A stretch of 64,000 nucleotides of DNA from positions 704,001 to 768,000 of the forward strand of contig CAVUDW010000003.1 of assembly GCA_963740355.1 (NCBI GenBank), in the 5' to 3' direction. Shown one piece after another: positions 49,104-59,815 of this stretch; positions within the stretch are counted from its first letter, which is position 1, and every line of letters begins with the position of its first letter. Made by a program: the position numbers and the translations under genes. Origin of the DNA: an uncultured Gemmatimonadaceae bacterium. GTDB taxonomy: Bacteria > Gemmatimonadota > Gemmatimonadetes > Gemmatimonadales > Gemmatimonadaceae. The notes under the pieces are model-generated. The model made no database searches. It worked only from the letters and a program-made list of their open reading frames with translations, and was not told the origin of the DNA.

Positions 49104-49781
49104 ATGTCAGACATTACGAACCACACCAGCGCGCACACCAATTCTCCAGCCATCAGCACCAACAGCACCTCCACAAGTACGGCCAGCGCGTTCGGACGCG
49201 TCAGCCGGTTCGCAATCGCCGCCGCCGCGCTGGTTGGGAGTGCAACTGGCGCCGCAGCCCAGTCAGCGACAGAGCGCGGATCTGGTTTTGAGTTCCTCGT
49301 CTCGTCTGGCAGCCTGGTGCCGACAGGATCGCAGCGCGACGCGCTCAAGCGCGCGGACCAGACCGTGGCGCAACTGAGCTACGCCGTGACTTCGAACATC
49401 GTGTTCACATCCAGCGTCGGCTGGGCGCGGAGCCGCGACATCGCGTCAGCTGGCAGTCCGAAACTCGATGTGTACTCGTACGACGTTGGCGCCGAGCTCC
49501 GCGCCGATCGCTGGCTCGCCGGCAAGTCGCTGTCTTTCACACCGTTCGCTGGGGCTGGGGTGGGTGGCCGAAGCTATGACTACCGCAAGCTGGAAGTGGA
49601 TGCCACGCACAACCTCGCGTCGTACGGCGGCGTCGGCGGCGAGCTTGGGTACCGCCGCGTGCGGATGCGCATCGAGGCCCGCGACTACGTGTCTGGCTTC
49701 AAGCGCCTGATGGCCGATGGTTCGACCGGCCGACGGAATGACGTGAGCGTCATGGCCGGCTTCCGGATCGCAGCGCACTGA
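49104..49781 (+). CDS. Putative outer-membrane beta-barrel protein
   Basis: Signal AAA-Q, TPFAGAGVGG, RIEARDY, DVSVMAGFR. Confidence 0.7.
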   Translation: MSDITNHTSAHTNSPAISTNSTSTSTASAFGRVSRFAIAAAALVGSATGAAAQSATERGSGFEFLVSSGSLVPTGSQRDALKRADQTVAQLSYAVTSNIVFTSSVGWARSRDIASAGSPKLDVYSYDVGAELRADRWLAGKSLSFTPFAGAGVGGRSYDYRKLEVDATHNLASYGGVGGELGYRRVRMRIEARDYVSGFKRLMADGSTGRRNDVSVMAGFRIAAH

Positions 49782-49919
49782 CCGTGCGTGCCACGACAGC
49801 GGGCTCGTGACCGCGCTGTTATCCTGATGCGGAGCGACTTCAACCGGGCGGCAGGGGACGCGGACGATCGCGTTCCCAGCCCCTGAAGCGCGACGCCTGA
49901 CTCCCCCAGGAGAATTCAC

Positions 49920-52900
49920 GTGAGTGCTGTTCATGTTCGTTTCGCCGCCGCCACGCTGCTGTGGGCGGTCGGTGCCGCTTCCGTTGCGACCGCTCAGGAT
50001 CGTACGAAGCCGAAGCCCGCTGCCGCTGCCGCTGCCGCCGCCGCCGCCGCCGCCGCCGCCGCACCCAAGCCTGACAGCACGCCGCCCGCGCCAGGCGGTC
50101 CCTTCGATCGGCTGCACTTTCGGTCGATCGGGCCCGCATCGATGTCAGGGCGTATCGACGATATCGCGGTCTCGGAGCGCGACCCGAGAATCTTCTACAT
50201 CGCCACGGCGACCGGTGGTCTCTGGAAGACGACCAACAATGGCGTCTCCCTCACGCCCGTCTTCGATTCGGCCGGCAGCGCGTCGATCGGCGCGGTGACG
50301 ATCCCTGCCGATGACCCGAATCTCGTCTGGGTTGGTACAGGCGAGAACAACAATCGGCAGAGTTCGAGTTGGGGCGATGGTGTGTACAAGTCGACCGACG
50401 GCGGCAAGAGCTGGAAGAACATGGGGTTGCGGGAGTCGAAGCAGGTCGCGCGCATCGTGATCGATCCTGTCGATAACGACGTGGTATACGTCGCGGCGCT
50501 CGGTGACCTGTGGAAGGCCGGTGGCGATCGTGGCATCTACAAGAGCACCGATGGTGGCCTGACCTGGACGAAGGTGCTCGACGCTGGGCCGGATGCCGGT
50601 GGCACCGCGCTCGTGATGGACCCGACCAACAACAAGACACTCTACGCGGCCACCTATCAGCGTCGCCGCTCGAGCTGGGGCATGAACGGCGGTGGCACCG
50701 GCAGTGGCATCTGGAAGTCGACGGACGCCGGCCGCAGCTGGACGCGACTGACCAAGGGTCTGCCGGAAGGCGCGCTCGGTCGCATCGGCCTCGACATCTT
50801 CCGCCGCAACACGAGCATCATCTACGCACGCGTCGAACACCCGAAGCAGGGCGGCGTGTACCGCAGTGACGACGCCGGGCAGTCATGGACCAAGATGGGG
50901 AGCACCAACTCACGCCCGATGTACTTCGGCATCATCCGCGTCGATCCCGAGAATGACCTGCGCGTGTACTCGCCCGCGACGCCACTGCAGGTGAGCGATG
51001 ATGGTGGCAAGACCTTCCGCTCCGACGGTGCCCGCACGATCCACGTGGATTTTCACGCGATGTGGATCAACCCGAAGGACGGCAATCACATGATGATCGG
51101 TGGCGACGGCGGTGTCGCCACCACGTATGACAAGGGCCGCACCTGGATGTGGTTGTCACATCTGCCGGTGGGCCAGTTCTACCACGTTGGCTACGACATG
51201 ATGCAGCCGTACAACGTCTGCGGTGGCCTGCAGGACAACGATGCCTGGTGCGGACCGAGTGCGACGCGCTCACAATACGGCATCGGCAACGACAGCTGGC
51301 AGACCGTGCAGGGCGGCGACGGATTCGTGAGCCTGATCGACCCGACGAACCATCGTATCGTATTCTCGGAGTCGCAGGACGGGTATGTGAACCGCATCGA
51401 CCGCGTGACCTTGGAGGCGAAGAGCATTCGTCCCGAGGCTCCGTCGACCGAGAAGCCGTATCGGTGGAACTGGGACACCCCGATGATGATGTCGCACACC
51501 GAGCCTGGCACGATCTACGTCGGCGCGAACAAGCTGTTCAAGTCGACCGATCGCGGACACTCATGGACTGCCGTCAGTGGTGACCTCACGATGGCGCTCG
51601 ATCGCGACACGGTCGAGTTGATGGGCGTGAAGGGCAAGGCGATCACCATCGCGAAGAATGATGGTGTCGAGACCTACTCGGCCCTCTTCACCATTGCGGA
51701 GTCGTGGAAGAAGCCGGGGCTGATCTGGACCGGGTCCGATGATGGGCTGGTGCACGTGACGAAGGACGGCGGCGCGACGTGGAGCAACGTGACGCCGAAG
51801 ATTCCCGGGTGCTCCACGCTTCGCCTATGTGTCGAAGGTGGAGCCGTCACGCGTGGACGAGGGCACGGCCTATATCGCGTTCGATGCGCATCGCACTGGC
51901 GACTACGGCACCTACCTGTACGTCACCACCGATTACGGCGCGACCTTTCGCTCGATCGCCGGCGCGCTGCCGAAGGGCGAGGTGGTTCGCACCGTGAGCG
52001 AAGACCAGAAGAATCCCGATGTGATCTACATCGGCACCGAGACAGGGCTCTGGGTGAGCCAGGATCGTGGCCGCGGCTGGACACGGATTCGCGCCAACCT
52101 GCCGACGGTGCCCGTGTACGAGATCACGCAGCACAGCCGCGACAACGCCATGATCCTCGCGACACATGGCCGTGCGCTCTGGATCCTCGACGACATGTCA
52201 CCGATCCAGACCTGGAATGCCGCGAACACCGGCGCGACGGCGACCCAGGGCGGCTGGGTGTTCGGCAACCCGGGCGCCACGCTGCGCGTGCCTGTGTCGG
52301 AGCAGGAGCGGGGCTTCCAGGGCGACATGTTGTTCCTCGGCGAAAATCCTGCGATGGCGGCGACGATCGCGTACCTGACGAAAGTGAAGCCTGACAGCGT
52401 GCGTATCGAGATCACCGATGCATCCGGTGCCGTGATCCGTCAGGTGAAGGGCGATACGGTGAAGGCCAATCGTCCACAGCTCGGCCTCAACCTGATGCGT
52501 TGGGACCTGCGCATCGAGCCGCTGCCGGAACCGAAGCGCACCGGCGGCCCCGGTGGTGGTGGCGGCATGGACAGTCCGTTCGGCGGCAGTGGCCGCGATG
52601 GTCCGCTGGTGCTGCCCGGCACCTACGTCGCGAGTGTCTTCGTGAACGGCAAGAAGATCGGCTCGACCGATGTTGCCGTGCGCTCGGATCCGGAATCGCA
52701 GATCTCGGCCACCGACCGCAAGGCGAACTTCGACCTGCTGAAGGAACTGCAGGGTCTCAACGGCCGACTCACCGACGCAGTGACTTCGGCGCGACAGGTG
52801 AACACGCAGCTCGGTGCGATCAAGCGCGAGCTGGCAGATTCCACCAAGACGCCAGCGGCGTTCCGCGCCACGCTCGACAGCATCACGAAGGAGATGGCGC

Positions 52901-53184
52901 CACTGAAGAAGAAGTTCCTGATTCTCGATGAAGGTGAGGAACTCGAGTTCACGTCGGAGATGGTGCGCGAAGTGCTGACCTTCAAGGCGAGCGGGTTGTC
53001 TGGTGACCTGGGCGGCTTCCTGGCCGGTCCCAGCGCGCAGAACCTTCGCACGATGGACGAGGTCCGACGCGATGTTCCGAAGGCCATCGACGAGACGAAC
53101 GTGCTGGTGGCGCGCTTCACTGCGTTCGTGAAGCAGCTGAGCGAGGCAGGGATCTATCCGGTCATGCCGAAGGTGGTGAAGTAG
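49920..53184 (+). CDS. VPS10/BNR-repeat (Asp-box) glycosyl-hydrolase-like secreted protein (apparent frameshift near 51808)
   Basis: RSIGP..MSGRI and many S.DGG.TW Asp boxes; the reading continues IPG/APRFAYVSKVEPS into the 51829 frame. Confidence 0.88.
50019..50063 (+). repeat. GCY trinucleotide run encoding 15 alanines
   Basis: (GCTGCC)3(GCC)8GCA. Confidence 0.85.
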
Positions 53185-54140
53185 GTCGATTCCAGCCAAT
53201 CGATCACCATCGGCCACAGCTTCTGCGCATTGGCGCGAAAGAAGCCCATGTGGCCGATGGGTCCCACCTTCATCTGCGTAGGATCGAGATCGACTCGCGT
53301 GATCTGGGCTCGTCGAAAGCCGGAGAGTATGGCATCGCGCGAGCGCGGCGGCGACCACGCATCGTCAAGCGCCGCGACTGCAAGGAGCGGCGTTTGTACA
53401 CGCTGGAATTGCGAACGCATCTCCTCGCCGATCTCCGGGTCGTCGAGGAAGAAGCGCGGGTGGCGGCACCACCGCCGCCACTGCTGGTAGACGTCGAGGG
53501 GGAGATCTTCACCCATCCCTAGCACACTCCATGGCAGGAATCCCTTGCCGTGCGAGAGTGCGGGCCCGACGACGTTCCACAAGGCGAGCACCTTCAGCTT
53601 TTCGCGCAACGGCATCCAGCCGTGCCACCCCGCGCCGGTGCCGAACATGACGCAGGCACGGACGCGAGCGTGGTTCGGTGCCAGGCCCAGTGCGTGACCG
53701 CCGAACGAGTGTGCGACCACATAGACCGGCACGCACAGCGCGTCCGCGCGGTTCGCAGCCGCATCGATCACTGCCGCCAGGTCCTGGCGTCCCCAGTCGA
53801 GGAAGTCCATTCGAAATCCCGCCAGTGTCCGTGGTGCGCTGAGCGCGATCCCCCGGTAGTCGAAGGTGATCACCTCGTAGCCGCAGCGACGCGTGTACTG
53901 GGCAAACTTCCGGTAGAATCGCTGGGGCACACCGATCGCGCCCGCGATCACGACGACGCCGCGGGGTTCATTCCCCGCCTGGAATCGAGTGACGGCTAGC
54001 GAATAGCCATCTGCGGTCGTCAGCCTCGAGAGACCAGCGACTGGATACGTCGGCTGAGGCGGCAGTGGATTGCACAGAGGTGCCTGCGAACTGCGAGTTG
54101 ACCGATCGGCTACCGATCGGTCTGTTGCTGCAGATGACAT
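53154..54140 (-). CDS. Predicted alpha/beta hydrolase
   Basis: GAIGVPQRFY, FDYRGI, AHSFGG, GEDLP, IGHMGFF; 3' end overlaps the convergent gene by 31 bp; start uncertain. Confidence 0.88.
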   Translation of the reverse strand: MSSAATDRSVADRSTRSSQAPLCNPLPPQPTYPVAGLSRLTTADGYSLAVTRFQAGNEPRGVVVIAGAIGVPQRFYRKFAQYTRRCGYEVITFDYRGIALSAPRTLAGFRMDFLDWGRQDLAAVIDAAANRADALCVPVYVVAHSFGGHALGLAPNHARVRACVMFGTGAGWHGWMPLREKLKVLALWNVVGPALSHGKGFLPWSVLGMGEDLPLDVYQQWRRWCRHPRFFLDDPEIGEEMRSQFQRVQTPLLAVAALDDAWSPPRSRDAILSGFRRAQITRVDLDPTQMKVGPIGHMGFFRANAQKLWPMVIDWLESTYFTTFGMTG

Positions 54141-54433
54141 GGTTTCGTGGCGAAAGGAGCGCGCTCAACTGTTCATCAGGAGCATGCGCACAGTGCGCGA
54201 GTACGCAGCGCAGGTGAGCGAGGTCGCATGTCCAGGCGCCGAAACCGTCGGCGCTCAATTGTCAGTGCGCAGCTTTGCGTGCCGACCCGACATGTGCGCG
54301 TGAGTTCCTTGCAACGTCGCTCGTGCCTGTCGGCCAACGAGACCCGCGACGTGACTGGCGCCGGAGTCGCATCTGACGATAAACTCCGGGCAGGCCTGTC
54401 TTACGCCATTTAGACTCTTTTCCTTGTCTGTCC

Positions 54434-54658
54434 ATGCCGACACCCGGCGAGCTGAAGGGAACGCAGACCCTGGTCAAGTGGCTCAGCCTTGTCGCCCTGC
54501 TGGGGGCCGGTTCAACGCTCCTGCTGGACAGCGTGGATGCGCCGACTTTCAGGACCGTGCTCCGCGACGCGGCACTGGTGCTGATGGCTGGCGCTTTTTG
54601 CGCGCAACACTGGCGAAAGCGATCCGGTCCCGACGGTGCGACGGGCGGGATCAGCTAG
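54434..54658 (+). CDS. Small hypothetical two-TM protein
   Basis: 74 aa with two hydrophobic segments. Confidence 0.35.
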   Translation: MPTPGELKGTQTLVKWLSLVALLGAGSTLLLDSVDAPTFRTVLRDAALVLMAGAFCAQHWRKRSGPDGATGGIS

Positions 54659-54740
54659 GCAGGTGTGGGGCCGGCAACATCGACTCGGGCGCGGGATCGA
54701 GGCGCATGAAATTCAGCATCTGGCCATCTGCTGACCGCAC

Positions 54741-55484
54741 CTAGGAAAACAACGCGAAGATGGCCGCGTTCATGCCGAGGTTGAAGGCGGAGTGCGCCAC
54801 GATCGCCAGCCAGATCGTCCCGCCTGCGCTGCGAAGCGATGAGAACAGGATCGAGGTGAGGAACATCATCACGAACCACATCGTGCCGGACACGACTCGG
54901 AATCCAACACTGCCGTCGGTGAGCGTCACACCATGATGGAGCAGGTGTATGGACGCGAAGACTGTCGCACTTGCGAGTGTGCCCGCCAGCGCACGCGACG
55001 CCCGGTTCTTGCCAGACGCATTGACTCGTCCGAAAATCACGCCACGGCAGAAGACCTCTTCACCAAATGGGCTGAAGATCAGCGCCGGACCCGTGAAGAT
55101 CAGGAATAGCCCTAGCGGCCCCACCGCCGGTACTGCGCCGCTGAGATAGCTGTCATGCACGCTGATGAACGGATTTTCCGCCGACGCGCCGAATCGGAGC
55201 CATGCGATTGCAAAACAGAGCAGCGCCGCACTGCCGCCGGCGATCGCGGCGATCGGTCACCACTCGAGTGACCGAGCGCGACCGAATCCGATCGCACGTC
55301 GCTCATCCGCGCTGAGCAACAGCCATGGCGTCGGCCAGAGCAGGAGAAAGCTGGCAAGGATCAGGGGGCGCCATGCAGCCGGGCCGAAGAGCCCACAGAT
55401 GCGCATGGCAATGTGAATGGCGAGCACCAGCAACAGGCCCAGCGTCGCTCCAACGGGCCAGCGGGACCTCTCTACGGACTGCAT
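54741..55484 (-). pseudogene. CPBP (Abi/CAAX) intramembrane protease with in-frame TGA at 55257-55259
   Basis: EEVFCRG, FASIH, AHSAFN motifs; the upstream and downstream ORFs are in the same frame (LEW-stop-PIAA). Confidence 0.8.
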
Positions 55485-55605
55485 GGTGAGCCGGCGTGGA
55501 TATCGGGTCGGCCTGCGGAAGGGCGGTTGCCACTGGCAATCACCGATACGCAACCCGGCCGATCTTGTGTCAGAGGTGCGGCGACCTCCGCTGCCAGTCG
55601 ATTCG

Positions 55606-56415
55606 TCAGCCGTCGCGCGCCGCCTTCCCGACCAGAAACGCAAACCAGGCGTAGCTGTCGGCGTTGCGTAGCGCGTCGTCGCTCGTGGCCGGCAATTGCT
55701 GACCGGGCTGCGGCTGCAGGTCCGCTGCTGCCGCCGGCTTCTTTCCTGCCGGTGTGGGCTCGAAAATGCAGACGTCCGCCGTTCCGGCATACTTGTGGCT
55801 CGACTCATGGATCAGTGTCGCCACGATGTCCTTGTCGAACAGGTAGCGCGACTCGAGCCTGATGGCGCGGTTGACGACAAGTTGCTTGTACGCCTCACCG
55901 CCTTGCCACACCACGCAGTTGTAATACGCGCGCTTGAAGTCCACACCGAGCGGATCAGTCTTGAACAAGTCTGACTCGTCCTGCCTGGCCGTATTCCAGT
56001 CCTCCGCAACTCCCAGGAACTCCCGGTCGCTGTGCGACGTCACGGCACCTCGCACGTCGAGACCACCCTTCTTGACGTCGTGCCCGATCTTCAGGCACAC
56101 GTCACTGTTCAGGCCAGTCATCATCTTCGCCAGAGTCGCGCGAATCTTGTCCAGTGCCGCCGCAAGCTTCACGTTCCCGCGATCCTGCACATCCAGCAGG
56201 AAAAAGGCCTTCAGCACTGCGGCCGTCTCCGGGTCGCAGGGCTGCGCCGGCAACATCTGAATCTTGCCCAGGGAAGCGCTCAGGCACTCCGTCGCCATGC
56301 GCACGATATCCTTCGCACGATCGGCGTACTGGGGACCTGAATCTGCCTCCGCCGGCCGCGTCTTGACGGTCAGCTGCTTCGATTCGACTACCGTGACACC
56401 GAAACGAGTCGCCAT
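55606..56415 (-). CDS. M35-like (aspzincin/lysine-specific metalloendopeptidase) domain protein
   Basis: TLIHESSH..GTAD and ALRNADSY motifs; no signal peptide. Confidence 0.75.
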   Translation of the reverse strand: MATRFGVTVVESKQLTVKTRPAEADSGPQYADRAKDIVRMATECLSASLGKIQMLPAQPCDPETAAVLKAFFLLDVQDRGNVKLAAALDKIRATLAKMMTGLNSDVCLKIGHDVKKGGLDVRGAVTSHSDREFLGVAEDWNTARQDESDLFKTDPLGVDFKRAYYNCVVWQGGEAYKQLVVNRAIRLESRYLFDKDIVATLIHESSHKYAGTADVCIFEPTPAGKKPAAAADLQPQPGQQLPATSDDALRNADSYAWFAFLVGKAARDG

Positions 56416-56535
56416 CGCGGATCGCTCCCGAGGAAAGGTTTACCGGGGCCTGCACATACCGTCGTCAGTCCGTCGTCGAGGAGGATCACAACACAGCATC
56501 GTGCACGGCGCGCCAGGCTGCGCGCGCCCGTGCGC

Positions 56536-56988
56536 TTACTTCGCCGGCATCGTCGCGTTGCACTCGATCTCGATCTTTGCCCACGGGGCCACCAGCGCCT
56601 TCACCACCACCGTCGTGCGTGCCGGCGGTGCCTTCGGCCAGAAGGTCTTGTAGACGTCGTTCATGCCCTGGAAATCACTCGCTTCGACGAGGAACACCGT
56701 GCACTTCACGACGTTGTCCATCGTGGTGCCGGCCATTTCCATCACGCGCTTCACGTTGTCCAGCGTACTCCGCGTCTGCCCCTGGATGCTGCTGTCGGCG
56801 TCCGCACCCCGCGTCGCCAATTGACCAGCGCCGTACACCATGTTCCCAACGCGGATGGCCGGCGTGAGCGTCGGTGACGACTGACCAATCGCCTCGCGGG
56901 CCTGCGCAAAGGCCGGAACGGCGCCGAGGGTCAGGAACGCGAGAACGGCGACGGTTCGAACGGTGGTGGAGAGCGCGGTGCAACGCAT
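56536..56988 (-). CDS. RidA/YjgF family protein with signal peptide
   Basis: AGQL, QTR..L.N, VVKCTVFL, MNDVY, PPARTTV, KIEIEC; N-terminal AFA-Q signal. Confidence 0.9.
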   Translation of the reverse strand: MRCTALSTTVRTVAVLAFLTLGAVPAFAQAREAIGQSSPTLTPAIRVGNMVYGAGQLATRGADADSSIQGQTRSTLDNVKRVMEMAGTTMDNVVKCTVFLVEASDFQGMNDVYKTFWPKAPPARTTVVVKALVAPWAKIEIECNATMPAK

Positions 56989-57001
56989 GGAGCCTCGAGA
57001 G

Positions 57002-57448
57002 TCAGGGGTTGGTTGCAGCAGGTGCCGGAAAGGTCAAACGAATCGAGGCCAATGCGCTGCTGTCGGACGACACACGACGCGTCCCGACCGGCAAGCCATT
57101 CGCTTTCATCAGGTAGGCGACGATCGACGCGTAGGTGCCCTGCGTCAAGGTACCCGGTTTGTTCTGCGGCATCGTCGCCCGGATGCGCTCGAACAGTTCG
57201 TACGCCGTCTTGCCACGCCACGCCAGCCGAAAATCAGAATTCATCAGGTTGCCGGTGGCATGGCACTGCAGGCAGACGGACCGGAACCACTGTTCGCCGA
57301 CGTCCAGCTGTCGCGCAGCGGCGGCAGCAACCGAGTCGTCCGCCGTCGCTCCCTGGGCGAGCAGCCGCGCCGGGGGTATCATCGCAGCGCAGACGGCGAT
57401 GCCGGCGGCCGCGATGCAGCGGCGGAGCGAGGGGGAAATGCCTGACAT
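57002..57448 (-). CDS. Monoheme cytochrome c
   Basis: CLQCH heme motif, TMPQNKPG, VAYLMKANG; signal peptide. Confidence 0.88.
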   Translation of the reverse strand: MSGISPSLRRCIAAAGIAVCAAMIPPARLLAQGATADDSVAAAAARQLDVGEQWFRSVCLQCHATGNLMNSDFRLAWRGKTAYELFERIRATMPQNKPGTLTQGTYASIVAYLMKANGLPVGTRRVSSDSSALASIRLTFPAPAATNP

Positions 57449-57635
57449 GGCGCGGAAGCTGGAGTGGGCAGCTACGTCGGGCAAGGCCTTCGCATCGAGC
57501 GCCACGAGCGCATCGAGCCGAGTCACTCGGCAACCTGCTCGGGCCGCCGATTGCCAAGCCCGGCAGCGCAGGCGAGCTTGCCGCTCGATGGTCGTTCCGC
57601 CAGAACGCACTTCCTGCCCTCAAGCCCCTGCCGCG

Positions 57636-59066
57636 ATGTCTGACGCCTCTTCGCCGCTCGACGCAAACGTCCCCCGTCGGGACTTTCTCCGAATCGCGGG
57701 AGTTGGCGCCGGGGCCCTGCTGGCTGGTGGCGTGCCGACATCGGCGGCAGCCGAAGCGGTCGCGGATCTCGCGTCACCTCGCTCGATCGTCGGCGCGACG
57801 GCATCGAGCCATGTGATCGTCGTCGGTGCGGGGGCCTGGGGCGCCTTCACGGCGCTCAACCTGCGCAAGGCGGGGCACAAGGTCACCCTGATCGACCAAT
57901 ACGGTGCGGCGAACTCACGCGCCACCAGCGGTGACGAAACACGCGGGATTCGATCGTCCTATGGCGACCGCACACTGACGCCGGAATTGTGGACGTCGTG
58001 GGCCCGCCTCAGCATCCAGAAGTGGCGCGAGTTCGACGCCGAGCATGCGAAGCGCTTCGCGACGCGCTTCTACTACACCACGGGTGATGTGATCCTGCGC
58101 GAGAAGGCGGAGAGCTTTACGACCCGCACCCAGGAATTGTGGACGGCGCAGGGTGTGAAGTTCGAGGTGCTGACTGCCGACGATGCGACGCGTCGTTGGC
58201 CGCAGATCGCGTCGGCCGGCCATGAGGTCGTGTTGTACGAGCCCGACGCCGGCGTGGCGCGGGCTCGGGATTCGGTGCAGGCCGCAGTCGCGATCGGTCG
58301 CGATGCCGGCGTGACGTTTCGGATTGGCCGCGTCACTCCCGGGGCGATTCGCAATGGCCGCATGGACGGTGTGACCCTCGACGACGGCACGAAGCTGTCA
58401 GCAGACTCCTATGTCTTCTGTTGCGGGCCGTGGATGGAGAAGGTGTTTCCCGAGGCGATGAAGAATCGCGTGCGTGTGCCGATCGGCCATGTCTGCTACT
58501 TCGGTGCGCCAGTGGGTGACCAGCGCTTCAGCGCGCCGAACATTCCAAGCTGGAACGTGCCAGGTGTGACGGGGTGGGCCTCGCTGCCGGCCGACAACTT
58601 CGGCTTCAGGGTGCGCGGTGGCATCGCACCACCGCCGCCGCCGAAGTCCGCCACTGATGACGACACCCCGCCTCCGCCCCCGCCGCAGCAGGCACCGGCG
58701 GATCCACGGCAGGAGAATCCGGACACCAGTTCACGCTGGACGAATGAGGAACGGATCGACGGGTCACGGCGCGTGCTGCAGAAGTACTTCCCTGCCCTCT
58801 CCGACGCGCCGATCCTGGCGACGCGCGCCTGTCACTATGAAATCAGCGCCAATCGCAACTTCATCGTCGATCACGTGCCGGGCGCCGACAATGCCTGGAT
58901 CGCCGGACTGGGCCAGGCCGAAGGGTTCAAGTTCTCGATCGTGCTCGGCGACTACATCGCGAAGCGCGTGACCGGAACGCTCGGCGATCCCACCATCGCG
59001 GAGGCGTTCAAGTATCCGGCGAAGGAGTACGAGCCCACGCCACCGGGGACGCCGCGGCGGGACTGA
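57636..59066 (+). CDS. Tat-exported FAD-dependent oxidoreductase (sarcosine oxidase/DAO family)
   Basis: PRRDFL Tat motif, VIVVGAGAWG, SGDETRGIR, ACHYE, EGFKF. Confidence 0.9.
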   Translation: MSDASSPLDANVPRRDFLRIAGVGAGALLAGGVPTSAAAEAVADLASPRSIVGATASSHVIVVGAGAWGAFTALNLRKAGHKVTLIDQYGAANSRATSGDETRGIRSSYGDRTLTPELWTSWARLSIQKWREFDAEHAKRFATRFYYTTGDVILREKAESFTTRTQELWTAQGVKFEVLTADDATRRWPQIASAGHEVVLYEPDAGVARARDSVQAAVAIGRDAGVTFRIGRVTPGAIRNGRMDGVTLDDGTKLSADSYVFCCGPWMEKVFPEAMKNRVRVPIGHVCYFGAPVGDQRFSAPNIPSWNVPGVTGWASLPADNFGFRVRGGIAPPPPPKSATDDDTPPPPPPQQAPADPRQENPDTSSRWTNEERIDGSRRVLQKYFPALSDAPILATRACHYEISANRNFIVDHVPGADNAWIAGLGQAEGFKFSIVLGDYIAKRVTGTLGDPTIAEAFKYPAKEYEPTPPGTPRRD

Positions 59067-59143
59067 TCACCGGCGCCTGCATGGCCAGCGCAAGAACATC
59101 GCAAGATCTAGATGACTGCGCATCGTAGATCGGTGCATCGAGG

Positions 59144-59815
59144 TCAGCCGAAGTGTATGCACCAGAATTCATCGTGATTCTGGAAGCCAAGTTGCTGGAA
59201 GTACATATACAGGAACTTGCCCAGGTTCACCGCATTCTCGAACACGACTTGTCCATAGTTCGGGTCGAAGAACTTGTACTTCGAACCTGCACCCTTCTGG
59301 ATGGCTACGATCGCCATCGCGTGCGCGCCGCTGCTCACGTAGACGAAGTCGGGGTTGGCCAGCGTCAGCTTGTTGAGTAGCGAGATCCGGGTGTGTGACT
59401 CGAAGGCGCCCTCCTTCATCGTCCCGGCCGAGAGCGTCGCAACAGTCTTCGCGATGGCATCCATCTTCGCGCGTTGATCGCCGCCGGCGAAGGCGCCGAA
59501 CGTTTGCGCGGAAGAGATGACGGAGGCAAAATCTCGCTTGCCGGCGAGCTTTGCGAAGAAGTGCTCGTCAACGTCGTCCATCTTGCGATCCGTCGCCACC
59601 GCTTCGCGAACATCCGCTCGTCTGCGTGCAAAATTGTGCACGAGGTATTCGATCGACAGTGCGCGACAGACACCACCGTTCTGTGAATGCGCCACCATGC
59701 CCGCGGTGAGCTTGTTGGTGACCATGAAGTCACCTTGGCTGAAGGCCTTCATGCGCTTTTCCGGGATCGCCGGCTCGGCTCCCTTTGCCAACGCCTTCAT
59801 CAGTGCGAAATCCAT
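59144..59815 (-). CDS. YopT/AvrPphB-like (peptidase C58) cysteine protease domain protein
   Basis: GVCRALSIEYL (Cys), HAMAI (His), FFDPNYG (Asp). Confidence 0.75.
   Translation of the reverse strand: MDFALMKALAKGAEPAIPEKRMKAFSQGDFMVTNKLTAGMVAHSQNGGVCRALSIEYLVHNFARRRADVREAVATDRKMDDVDEHFFAKLAGKRDFASVISSAQTFGAFAGGDQRAKMDAIAKTVATLSAGTMKEGAFESHTRISLLNKLTLANPDFVYVSSGAHAMAIVAIQKGAGSKYKFFDPNYGQVVFENAVNLGKFLYMYFQQLGFQNHDEFWCIHFG

Noticed and set aside
55257..55259. Selenocysteine recoding of the in-frame TGA
   Set aside because: The position is next to a TM segment where Trp is expected, it is not a redox Cys motif, and no SECIS-like hairpin was recognised
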